From positions 3,136 to 67,135 of the forward strand of contig JAHEEX010000001.1 of NCBI GenBank assembly GCA_024640465.1: a stretch of DNA of 64,000 nt, written 5' to 3'. Made by a program: the position numbers and the translations under genes. Below are positions 37,686-46,779 of this stretch, one piece after another. The stretch is from Sphingobacteriales bacterium. GTDB taxonomy: Bacteria > Bacteroidota > Bacteroidia > Chitinophagales > Chitinophagaceae. Position 1 is the first letter of the stretch, and each line of letters opens with the position of its first letter. Below the pieces are notes generated by a model that searched no databases, was not told the DNA's origin, and saw nothing but the letters and a program-made list of their open reading frames with translations.

Positions 37686-39299
37686 TTATAATTCCTTTTT
37701 CATGAAGCTTGCCGAATAGCCCACTTTTGCCACTACTTCTTCCATGGGAACCTTATTTTTCAATAGTTCCCGGGCATAATTAAGCTTAACGTTCTTCATA
37801 AATTTACCGGGAGTTGTTTCGAAAACCTTGAATTGCCGGTTGAGTTGAACGGTATTGGTATGATAAAATTCTGCCAGTCCCTCAACTGTCATGATATTAT
37901 GCGTCCTGATAGCTTCAGCAATATTTTCCAGGGTTAAGGCAGGGGAAGTTTCCTTTTGGGGGATAATTAGCCCGGCACTTTTCTTATTTAGGACCCGATA
38001 AGCAGCAAAACCCAATCCGGAAACTAAAATAACCAATCCGGCCGCATACAAACCCAATGTTTTCCTTTGCTCCGATTTGTCTGTTTGTATTTTATTCAAA
38101 TACTGAGGCAGGAAATTTTTTACAACGTAATAGCAATCAATAACATAGAGCCCGGAAATGGAACCCGCATAAAGTGAATCATTATACAGGGTTAATGCAC
38201 CCCGGTTGAATTCCACATCTTTTATATAAGGAATAAGTTCTTTTTGTTTATCGGGCAAAACAAACAAACCGTTCTCTGTAGATATCCAGGTATTCCTGAG
38301 GGCATCAATCAATACCATCACGGTAAAAGGCGTTTGTGTAAATTGCTTCAGGGAACTGGAATCCAACCCGTTAATGGTAAATACCCCCTCTTCAGAGGAA
38401 AAGTAAATAGTGTTCTTGAAGGCATAAATATCCCTTATACGGGTATTTAATTTCAGGAGCTGACTCACTTTTTGACCATCATAGACAAAAACCTCCCCTG
38501 TTTGCGTGCAGAAAATAAGCTTGTCGCCTACCACTTCCATATCATAATATTCAAATCCCTGGTGAATGGGCTGCAATTCGAAGTTGCTGTCCAGTCGGTT
38601 GACCGATTTGGTATTCAGAGAATATATACTGTTTCGGTATTCTACCAGCTTACGGGAATAGCCAGCAAAAACGTTATCACCCGATTTAATTATCTGAAAT
38701 TCTCCGGGAGGAATGAATTCATATAGATGATCAGCAGACAAATAGTACTTGTTACGAATTTTACGGAAATACCCGTTTGAATAGCCGGGTTTCATGACTT
38801 TTATCGTATCATTTATATAGATTCCGGAATAACTGCTCACTACTTTTAATCCATCTTCCAGGTAAATATCACGAACAGATATTGTAGCATTAAGATGGTT
38901 ATAATGTTTATTGACTACATATTCAAACAACGATCCTCCTACGGATACAAATAAACGGTCATCAAGATCAACTTTAGATGCATTGGAAATTGAATGCTGC
39001 GGTATCAGGTAAGCCATCGATTCCGCATTAAACTGTTGCCGGTTGGCTAAATAATCACCTTCATAAAATCCCTTTTCATAAAAAACATAAGTTTTTTTAA
39101 ATTTCATCTTTTGCAGCACCCATTTAGAACCCTCTAACTTGTATAAACCGTTTCCTGCTTTTACATAAACTTCATCATTTACAGCAAAGACATTTCTGAC
39201 AGGTGTCGGAAAAACATGTTTAGTAACGAAGTTAGTATCCTGGCTAAATGCAACACAAGGAAACAGAAAAAATAAAAAATATAAGTATATGTTTTTCAA
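37686..39299 (-). CDS. membrane-anchored AraC-type regulator with an extracytoplasmic beta-propeller-like sensor
   Basis: Signal peptide, ~390-aa beta-repeat region (WISTENGL-type blades), one TM helix (LGLYAAGLVILVSGLGFAAY), C-terminal AraC HTH (LNRQFK...TPGKFMKNVKLNYARELL...VGYS). Confidence 0.75.
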   Translation of the reverse strand: MKNIYLYFLFFLFPCVAFSQDTNFVTKHVFPTPVRNVFAVNDEVYVKAGNGLYKLEGSKWVLQKMKFKKTYVFYEKGFYEGDYLANRQQFNAESMAYLIPQHSISNASKVDLDDRLFVSVGGSLFEYVVNKHYNHLNATISVRDIYLEDGLKVVSSYSGIYINDTIKVMKPGYSNGYFRKIRNKYYLSADHLYEFIPPGEFQIIKSGDNVFAGYSRKLVEYRNSIYSLNTKSVNRLDSNFELQPIHQGFEYYDMEVVGDKLIFCTQTGEVFVYDGQKVSQLLKLNTRIRDIYAFKNTIYFSSEEGVFTINGLDSSSLKQFTQTPFTVMVLIDALRNTWISTENGLFVLPDKQKELIPYIKDVEFNRGALTLYNDSLYAGSISGLYVIDCYYVVKNFLPQYLNKIQTDKSEQRKTLGLYAAGLVILVSGLGFAAYRVLNKKSAGLIIPQKETSPALTLENIAEAIRTHNIMTVEGLAEFYHTNTVQLNRQFKVFETTPGKFMKNVKLNYARELLKNKVPMEEVVAKVGYSASFMKKEL

Positions 39300-39442
39300 C
39301 GTTTTACGAAATAATTACATCAAAAATTACAGGCATTATAAAAGAAACATACTTTGTAATTTAATACTTATTATTTAATTTATGGTAACTCTGACTTTTT
39401 AGGAAATTCATGAAATATTTTAATTATTAGATGTCATTTTAA

Positions 39443-39628
39443 ATGACTAAAACCCAAATTGCCACGGTTGTTTTACTAGTTACTTACCTGATCTGGGAAG
39501 TTGTAGTGCAGCTTTGGGCCAGAACAGAAGAAGGCCCGATAATTCGCGTTGATTTGCTGATCATATACCCGGTCCTGGTTATTCTTATCATCATTTCTCT
39601 TTACCAGCGCATCAGAAATAAATTATAA
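39443..39628 (+). CDS. small two-TM membrane protein
   Basis: 61 aa; two hydrophobic helices around a PIIRVDLL loop; A/T-rich leader. Confidence 0.6.
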   Translation: MTKTQIATVVLLVTYLIWEVVVQLWARTEEGPIIRVDLLIIYPVLVILIIISLYQRIRNKL

Positions 39629-39666
39629 GATCAATTTGTAACTACCCATAATGTTAACATTAAAAC

Positions 39667-40317
39667 ATGAAAAAAAATCTCCTGGTTATCGCAACCATCC
39701 TGTTGAGCGGCATCTATGCATGCAATACGACCGAGAAAAAAGAAGAAGCATCTGCTGCTGCAACAACTGAAGCAACCACACCATCTGAACCAACACCGGC
39801 ACCTGAACCTCCTTACGATCCGGACCCTACGGATACCATTCCGGGAAACCTGTATGGCGTAAATTCTTCCTCAAAACAAACGGCAGACTTAGTGAGACTT
39901 ACCTTGCAGGACCTGCATAAGGATGATCTGAAAAATGGCATCATTGATTCTTTCGGCCGGAGGTTTATTTTTTTTGAATATGACCTAAATGATGACGGGA
40001 AAAAAGAAATCTTCGTAGGATTGAGGGGTTCTTATTTCTGCGGATCGGGGGGATGTACCACATACCTGCTGGATAACCAGGGGAATGTGATAACTAAATT
40101 TTCTGTATCAAGAGATGTAGTGATTGATAATAAAGTAACCAATGGATTTAAAGATTTATTCATTTTCAGTGGTGGAAAATTCAGGATCGTGAAATATAAT
40201 GGAAAAACATATCCACCAAACCCATCGACCCTTCCGGCATTGAATGTTGTGCCTGGTGATGATTTACCAAGGGCATTGAACTTTGTACATGAACCATATC
40301 CCTGGTTTACTTTTTGA
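39667..40317 (+). CDS. lipoprotein of unknown function (DLNDDGK.E...CGSGGC family)
   Basis: Lipobox LSGIYAC, Ala/Pro/Thr linker, YDLNDDGKKEIFVGLRGSYFCGSGGCT, YPPNPS. Confidence 0.8.
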   Translation: MKKNLLVIATILLSGIYACNTTEKKEEASAAATTEATTPSEPTPAPEPPYDPDPTDTIPGNLYGVNSSSKQTADLVRLTLQDLHKDDLKNGIIDSFGRRFIFFEYDLNDDGKKEIFVGLRGSYFCGSGGCTTYLLDNQGNVITKFSVSRDVVIDNKVTNGFKDLFIFSGGKFRIVKYNGKTYPPNPSTLPALNVVPGDDLPRALNFVHEPYPWFTF

Positions 40318-40378
40318 GCTTAACCGCGAAGGAACGAAGATTGCTTTTAATTACATTTTCAATCTGTATAATGAGCTT

Positions 40379-40864
40379 ATGAGCGATACAAAAAACTATA
40401 CCCCCATCATAGAAGCCTTGGAGAAAATTTACGGAAAACGAAGCAGCACTGGTTTTGGCAGCGCCGTTTTTTATGATCATTCAAAACAAAATGCCAGTTT
40501 ATCATCTATTGCATTAGATGTTTATAAATTATTCATGGGAGAAAAATGGAAAGCGGAAACCGAATCTACGTGGATGAGTACCTGGAAACTGGTGTATGAG
40601 CGCAGTCCGGGAAAAGCTGCCGATATTTTGAACGAACTAAATAATATACAAGATGCCGATGCCAAAAGATCGGTTCCCTTGCTGACAGAACTTATAGAAA
40701 ATGCAGAACAGGGAAAACTGGCACTGGCAGCTGCCTTCAATCATGCTGACATATCCCAGCTGCAGGTGTATAACGTGGGGGACGGCGAAGCAATGTCCGG
40801 AATTCTGCTCTGCGGATTATTCTCCGATCAAACTGTTTGTTCGGTTATCTGCTTAATGGATTGA
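40379..40864 (+). CDS. cytoplasmic hypothetical protein
   Basis: Start moved to ATG 40379 to avoid overlap; 161 aa with no signal peptide. Confidence 0.7.
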   Translation: MSDTKNYTPIIEALEKIYGKRSSTGFGSAVFYDHSKQNASLSSIALDVYKLFMGEKWKAETESTWMSTWKLVYERSPGKAADILNELNNIQDADAKRSVPLLTELIENAEQGKLALAAAFNHADISQLQVYNVGDGEAMSGILLCGLFSDQTVCSVICLMD

Positions 40865-40873
40865 TCTGTAAAA

Positions 40874-40919
40874 AATTAACCGCAAAGAACAAGTTACCCT
40901 TGAGTCTTTGCGGTTAATT
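40874..40919. repeat. AACCGCAAAG-family palindrome (probable terminator role)
   Basis: aattaaccgcaaaga / tctttgcggttaatt, a perfect 15-bp inverted repeat between convergent genes. Confidence 0.85.
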
Positions 40920-40922
40920 GTA

Positions 40923-42791
40923 TTATCCCTTCAGCCAGGCCTGGTTCAATTTACGCTTAGACTCATCTGTAAACTTATAACCTTGCCCATCTTTATAATT
41001 CAATTTCGCTTTCCCCTTCAATTCTACAATCTGCCCATTTCTTTTTACTTTCATGGTGATAGGCTCATCTTCGTCAATGCCATATCCGGCCATTAAAACA
41101 TTGGTGGGAGTTGAAGCATCTATGGGCGCACCATTGATTTCAATTAATTCATCTCCGTTTTGCACTCCCAATGAACTCAAAAAAACATTAGACGCATCCG
41201 GCATTACGGCAATGGCTTTTTTATTAACGGTATCTATCCCCACATTTATGCCGTTACTGGTCATGAAAACAACCAGGGTTGGTTCTTTAACAACGGCCCT
41301 TGACACACCTACTCTTTTTAAATATGTCTCATAATCTATCGGAGTGCCTTTCACCACATGTTCCTGCAGGAATGCGCCTACTTCAGGATTTGTCATGGCC
41401 GTTATTTCAGGGATCAGGTCTTTATCGTCAAATGGTTTTGTGGGTCCATATTTATTCGACAGCCTGCCCATTAGTTCCAAAAGACCACTTTTGCCACCTG
41501 ATGCATCCCGTAGCATGATATCAATACACATTGCCATCAAGGCACCTTTCTGATATACATTTGGATATTGTGCTTTCATAACAGGATCCAGCACATTTTT
41601 ACTCATTTCTGTAAACGACTGCTTATCGCTATACATTTGCTTTGACAATTTATCTTTCTCGGCCATCTTGGCATAAAACTGGTCTTCAGTCATCAGGCCC
41701 TGGTGCACCTGGAAATGGTTTGCGAAATATTCCGTGAAACCTTCATACATCCAGAGATGTGCAGACATTTTTGGACTGTTGAAATCGAAATCCTGGATCT
41801 CTTTTGAATGCACATTTAATGGTGTGAGGGTATGGAAAAACTCATGTGAGATCACATGGATCAGATCTTTTGCTTTCATATTTTCCATGAATACCGCTGT
41901 AGTGGAGGTATTATGCTCCAGTGCACCGATTCCATGGGCGTCATCTTTTGCATTTGTTGTTATATAAGTGAGTACGGCATATTTTTTAGTGTTATTGATA
42001 TTACCTAAATACGCTTTCTGGGCGCGGATCATTTTTTCCAGGTCGGGCATAAAAGCATTGGCTGTTATGCTTTTATTTCTGGGTGAGTAGACGCTTAACA
42101 ACAAATCCATATTTCCTATCCTGGATGTGGCTATATCCGGTGTGGCATACATGATCGGATGATCAACCAGTTCTGCATACCGTGTAACAGAAAATACATC
42201 CGTTCCTTTAGCAGGGTCAGCATCATCGAGCGAAGAAGATGCCTGCAGGTTTTCCGGATGATTGATGGCAACCTTGTACGTAATATTTGCCTTATCATTG
42301 AAATAACCAACAAACCCGCACATGTTTAACATGAACTGCTTTCCGGCCAGGATATTTGTGCCGGCTGGAGAAAAAATAGTTTTACTGCCTTCCCCAAAAG
42401 CATCGCCGCCTTCTGAATCATAGGTATCGTTCACTTTATAGGTAAGCCGGGCAAGGTTGGAAGCGTTGCTTATCACCCAGGTATTGGAATCTGTCATGGA
42501 TACAGATAGCGAATTGCCTGATTTATCATAGGCCTTAAAATCTTCCACATAGCGGCCATAATCTGCAATGGCATATGTGCCGGGTATGATTTTCGCGAAC
42601 TGGTAAGTAACTGTTGATGTTGAAAAAGAAGGGGCGTTGACTGTTACACTCACCTTGTCGTTCTGCACATTTACAAGGTCAAGTGTGGCGTTTACCATTT
42701 CTGCGCCTGAACTACCCGCAGCCTTACGGGAAGAACTACAGGAGACCAGGAATATTACAGACACCAGGTAAAAAAATAGTTGCTTTCTCAT
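40923..42791 (-). CDS. M61 glycyl aminopeptidase family lipoprotein with PDZ domain
   Basis: Lipobox FLVSC; IIPGTYAIADYG; GALEH; ISHEFFH (HExxH); LWMYEGFTEY; VYQKGAL; G...GDELIEING PDZ. Confidence 0.9.
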   Translation of the reverse strand: MRKQLFFYLVSVIFLVSCSSSRKAAGSSGAEMVNATLDLVNVQNDKVSVTVNAPSFSTSTVTYQFAKIIPGTYAIADYGRYVEDFKAYDKSGNSLSVSMTDSNTWVISNASNLARLTYKVNDTYDSEGGDAFGEGSKTIFSPAGTNILAGKQFMLNMCGFVGYFNDKANITYKVAINHPENLQASSSLDDADPAKGTDVFSVTRYAELVDHPIMYATPDIATSRIGNMDLLLSVYSPRNKSITANAFMPDLEKMIRAQKAYLGNINNTKKYAVLTYITTNAKDDAHGIGALEHNTSTTAVFMENMKAKDLIHVISHEFFHTLTPLNVHSKEIQDFDFNSPKMSAHLWMYEGFTEYFANHFQVHQGLMTEDQFYAKMAEKDKLSKQMYSDKQSFTEMSKNVLDPVMKAQYPNVYQKGALMAMCIDIMLRDASGGKSGLLELMGRLSNKYGPTKPFDDKDLIPEITAMTNPEVGAFLQEHVVKGTPIDYETYLKRVGVSRAVVKEPTLVVFMTSNGINVGIDTVNKKAIAVMPDASNVFLSSLGVQNGDELIEINGAPIDASTPTNVLMAGYGIDEDEPITMKVKRNGQIVELKGKAKLNYKDGQGYKFTDESKRKLNQAWLKG

Positions 42792-42880
42792 AATACCAGT
42801 TGATTAATTTGATTTTAAATTATAAAATACAATTAGCTTATTAATATAAATTTATCCTCTCTGAAAAGTTTAGTCTCTTT

Positions 42881-42913
42881 TATTACATCAAATACCTTTT
42901 TTATTACATCAAA
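42881..42913. promoter_or_regulatory. direct repeat TATTACATCAAA x2 with a 21-bp period, candidate regulator site
   Basis: Exact 12-mers at 42881 and 42902, 90-120 bp upstream of the M61 gene. Confidence 0.5.
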
Positions 42914-43411
42914 CCGAATAATTGTCAGATAAGCCATCGTGTGTCCGGAATAAATGATGATCAAAACTGCCAGCAGGAATGGCTCAAAAATCAGGAAATT
43001 TTTTAGATGAACCAGTAGCAAAATGTTATAATCTAATCACCGATAATGATCTTATTGCATGCTTATTTCCATCTCTTGTAATCTCCCCGAAATCTAATCG
43101 CAAAAAAACACACCATTAATTTTGTTTAATTTTTTGTCATAAAAATGCGCGTATCATAAACAAAAATTAAAAAAATCAATTGACAACTTTGAGAGGTGTA
43201 AGCTTTGAAGGCATTTACCCATGAAAATGGCTGTTTTATCATTATAAATTCAGTCATTCATGGTTTGTAATTAATTTTCAGTGGATATGAATGGTAAAAA
43301 TCTGGTGGACATTTATTAATGATTTAGATATTAAAAAGGCGTTAACCTGGTTTTATAACCCATGAAATTCATGCTCAACCAGCCTGATATATTTTATGGC
43401 TCTGATTTGTA

Positions 43412-43454
43412 AATAAAAGATGTACAATGGACTGGTTTTGTACATCTTTTTATT
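43412..43454. terminator. inverted repeat (terminator or operator) in a long intergenic region
   Basis: aataaaagatgtacaa-tggactggtt-ttgtacatctttttatt. Confidence 0.5.
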
Positions 43455-43581
43455 CAATTTTTTGAATTACTCAGAAGCATTCCTGAGTGTTGGATTACCT
43501 GATAAAATTCAACTTTAGCCCAGGTTTTAAACTGTTTTTTTAATAAATTTTTGATAATTTTTATAACATAAAACATTAAAA

Positions 43582-44100
43582 ATGAAAACCTATAAAATTT
43601 CCTACATTCTGTTTCTCTTTATTTCCTTAACAGGGACATTCGTAAAAGCCCAGGAAGCAGATCCTGCTGTTACAGAAAAGATCAAACAAACCCTTAAAAA
43701 ACTTTATCCTACAACACCGGCCAATGACCGCAATTTCATGTACAATGCTGTAGATCTTAATGACGACGGGAAAAACGAATACCTGGTTGGCCTTACCGGT
43801 AGCACATTTTGCGGATCGGCAGGTTGCAACATGCTTGTTTTAAATAATAAATTTGGGCTCAACACAAAGATGACGATTGTTCAATTTCCGGTTTATGTTG
43901 GACCTCCTGCCAGCAAAGAAGTAACAAAGGGATACAGCAATATTTATGTAAGTACTAAAGGGGTTGGATACGTTAAGATGGCGTGGAATGGCAGTAAATA
44001 CCCGACTAACCCATCTACCGCTCCCAAAATCTCAGAAACTGTTATCAGTGGAAAATATGCTTTTTTGGATGAGAGCAAAAACGCTAAATATACCTTTTAA
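43582..44100 (+). CDS. exported protein, paralogue of 39667-40317
   Basis: Signal peptide (VKA/QE); VDLNDDGKNEYLVGLTGSTFCGSAGCN; YPTNPS. Confidence 0.8.
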   Translation: MKTYKISYILFLFISLTGTFVKAQEADPAVTEKIKQTLKKLYPTTPANDRNFMYNAVDLNDDGKNEYLVGLTGSTFCGSAGCNMLVLNNKFGLNTKMTIVQFPVYVGPPASKEVTKGYSNIYVSTKGVGYVKMAWNGSKYPTNPSTAPKISETVISGKYAFLDESKNAKYTF

Positions 44101-44138
44101 TCAGCGTTATGATTTTTTTTAAAGAAGGGATCATAAAA

Positions 44139-44786
44139 ATGATAATGAAATTGAACATTAGCCTTTTACTGGTGGTTGCCATGATCATATTTTCCTGCAA
44201 TAATGCGAAGCAGGAGGCAGGCAATAAGGAAGAGGAAAAAACTGTGGATATCGTAAGTTCAGTTCCCGCAGTAAATGAAACTGCACCGGTAACAACAACC
44301 ACCCCTTACCAGAATCAGTTGGCATTCGAAAAAATAAAATTCACCATTACATCGCCCCAGTCCGCAACAGCAAATACATTCACTATTGCACCAAGTGGTT
44401 TTACCATATCCAATGATACCCTGACCATGAACTGTGAAGGAATAATCATACAATCAGAAGTGAGCGATATAGATGGAGATAATGCCCCGGAATTGCTGGT
44501 GGTTACACAAAGCGGCCCAGACAAAAAGGGGAAGGCTTATGTGTTTTCGGCTAACAAAAATAAATCCATGAGCATGGTGAGCCTGCCAGATTTCTCCACG
44601 GATGTAAAAAATGCAAAAGGCTATGCCGGTCATGACGAATTTGCTTTTGTAGAAAGTACCTTCTCGCATCGTTTCCCCCTCTATGAAAATGGAAATCCCC
44701 TCAATAAAACCAGGCAGTTCCAGTATAAATTGAAACCGGGTGAAGCGATGAAACAACTCGTTTTGGATAAAACCATTGAGTATTGA
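44139..44786 (+). CDS. pliI: PliI-like lipoprotein (putative i-type lysozyme inhibitor)
   Basis: Lipobox IIFSC; EVSDIDGDNAPEL, SANKNKSMS, KGYAGHDEFAFVE...RFPLY, RQFQYKL.PGEA correspond to the conserved PliI blocks, including GY.GHDEF. Confidence 0.72.
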   Translation: MIMKLNISLLLVVAMIIFSCNNAKQEAGNKEEEKTVDIVSSVPAVNETAPVTTTTPYQNQLAFEKIKFTITSPQSATANTFTIAPSGFTISNDTLTMNCEGIIIQSEVSDIDGDNAPELLVVTQSGPDKKGKAYVFSANKNKSMSMVSLPDFSTDVKNAKGYAGHDEFAFVESTFSHRFPLYENGNPLNKTRQFQYKLKPGEAMKQLVLDKTIEY

Positions 44787-44924
44787 TGTATTTATCGAAA
44801 TGAAAAGGAGATTTGCTGTTCAGCATGGTTAACTAAACTTAGATGAAAAACCATTTTACATTACATTTTGATCATTCTTAGTTAAGCATCATTTTTTTTA
44901 TCAGAAAACAATAAATATCAGGCA

Positions 44925-46193
44925 ATGAAGAAAATTCAATTGTTATTCTTATTCTGGATTACAGCCCTGGCCGGTTTCAGCCAGGGAGCCATAATTTACC
45001 AGGATTGCAATTACCGCGGCAAATCGCAATTACTCAGGCCAGGCCGCTATAACCTCGACCAGATTGGGTTCGGTGCATTCCAGGCATCCTCCATCAAACT
45101 GTATAGTGGTTATAAAGTTGTCATGTACAATAGTAATGAACCCGGGGAAGGTAGCCAGAAAATCAGGCTTACCAATAGTGTTCCGTGCTTTGGATCAGAT
45201 TGGAACGATAAAGTGGGATCCATCGTTGTAGAAGTAGATAATACCGGTGGGGGAAATTATAATCAACCTTCACAACAACCCTCTTATCCGTCTTATGGCA
45301 ACGGTCCACAGGTGATTTTGTATGAAGATTGTAGTCTTCGTGGAAACAACAGGAGCCTTAACCCTGGCAGATATAATAAATGGGAGATGGGTATCAGAAG
45401 CGATGCTTTATCCTCTATCCGTATTCCTTCAGGGTATAGCGTGACAATCTATAAAGATGAAAATTTCCGTGGTGGCTCTCAAACATATTATGGTAATGTA
45501 TACTGCCTTGATGGAGCATGGAATGACCAGGCTACTAGTGTGGTTATCTCAGGACCAGGAAATAATTATAATAATTATAACCCGCCTGTCAACAACAATA
45601 ATAATAACTATACCAGTGCCCGGGATAAAATCCAGGTGTATGATCAATGCGACTATGGAGGTGCCAGCTTTGCATTCAGTCCGGGCAGGTATAACAATAA
45701 CTCTTTGGGTATTGGCAGCGACCGGATATCATCCATCAGGATACCAAGCGGCTTCAGGGTAACTGTTTACCAGAATAAAGACTTTAATGGTTACTCACGT
45801 ACTTTTTATGGTGATGAGTATTGCCTTGACGGACAATGGAACGATCAAATTTCATCCATGATCGTAGACGGACCCGGTACAAATAATTCCAATCCGAATA
45901 ATTCATCCCCAGGTTACAATTATGGTAATAACAATGCCGGGGTAAACGTATATACCGACAGTTATTTTAAAGGAAACCATGCAGTGTATAATGAAGGACG
46001 CCATAACCTGAGAGGTGCTTCAGTAAGTAATAACATTTCTTCAATGAATATTCAGCCGGGATACCGGGTTACCGTTTATGAAGATTTTGATTTCAGGGGA
46101 AGGAGCCAAACCTTTACCTCTTCTGTTGCCAATCTGAATATCTTTGGCTGGAATGATAATATACGTTCAATGGTTGTAACCAGAGATTATTAA
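44925..46193 (+). CDS. secreted protein with four beta/gamma-crystallin domains
   Basis: Signal peptide; four copies of Y.D..Y/F.G ... SS..I..G..V..Y...F.G ... WND...S, separated by N/P/Y/G-rich linkers. Confidence 0.88.
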   Translation: MKKIQLLFLFWITALAGFSQGAIIYQDCNYRGKSQLLRPGRYNLDQIGFGAFQASSIKLYSGYKVVMYNSNEPGEGSQKIRLTNSVPCFGSDWNDKVGSIVVEVDNTGGGNYNQPSQQPSYPSYGNGPQVILYEDCSLRGNNRSLNPGRYNKWEMGIRSDALSSIRIPSGYSVTIYKDENFRGGSQTYYGNVYCLDGAWNDQATSVVISGPGNNYNNYNPPVNNNNNNYTSARDKIQVYDQCDYGGASFAFSPGRYNNNSLGIGSDRISSIRIPSGFRVTVYQNKDFNGYSRTFYGDEYCLDGQWNDQISSMIVDGPGTNNSNPNNSSPGYNYGNNNAGVNVYTDSYFKGNHAVYNEGRHNLRGASVSNNISSMNIQPGYRVTVYEDFDFRGRSQTFTSSVANLNIFGWNDNIRSMVVTRDY

Positions 46194-46211
46194 AATTAAA
46201 ACTAATTAAAC

Positions 46212-46691
46212 ATGCGCGCTTCATATAAAATTATATTCGCTTTTACACTTATCGGGCTATTTGCAGCCTGTAACGGCGGGGAAGAGAAAAAAACGGAAGA
46301 TTCAAAAACACTTGTAGCAGAGAAGAAAAAATTCCCTGAATCAACAGACAGTTTAGCAAATGGCATGCACCCTCTTTATCCAACTGAAGAAAATATCCTG
46401 GGAAAATGGATAATGCCTCATCCAATGGATACAACGGCAAATAAGCACGAGTCGTACATGGAGTTCCTGCCAGACAAATCCGTCAAAGTTGAAGAATACC
46501 CTTATGCAAAACCGGTAAAATGGCAACTGACGGATAATCAATTTATCCTGACACTTGATTTAAATGATCCAAAGGAGCCAGGTAAAACGATGAATGATAC
46601 AATGGTTATTGAAGCTGTTTCAGATACCACCCTTCACTTTTACCATTTACATGAACCGAACTTTTTGATGTACCTGGTGAAGAAAAAATAA
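46212..46691 (+). CDS. lipocalin-like domain lipoprotein
   Basis: Lipobox LFAAC; ILGKW motif followed by a MEF.PD...W.L...L.L pattern. Confidence 0.6.
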   Translation: MRASYKIIFAFTLIGLFAACNGGEEKKTEDSKTLVAEKKKFPESTDSLANGMHPLYPTEENILGKWIMPHPMDTTANKHESYMEFLPDKSVKVEEYPYAKPVKWQLTDNQFILTLDLNDPKEPGKTMNDTMVIEAVSDTTLHFYHLHEPNFLMYLVKKK

Positions 46692-46779
46692 ACATTATTT
46701 TTTACCGCAAAGGAACGAAGAATGCATTGCTGTTCTTCGTTCCTTTGCATTTAAATAAATACCATCTTAATTACCATAT

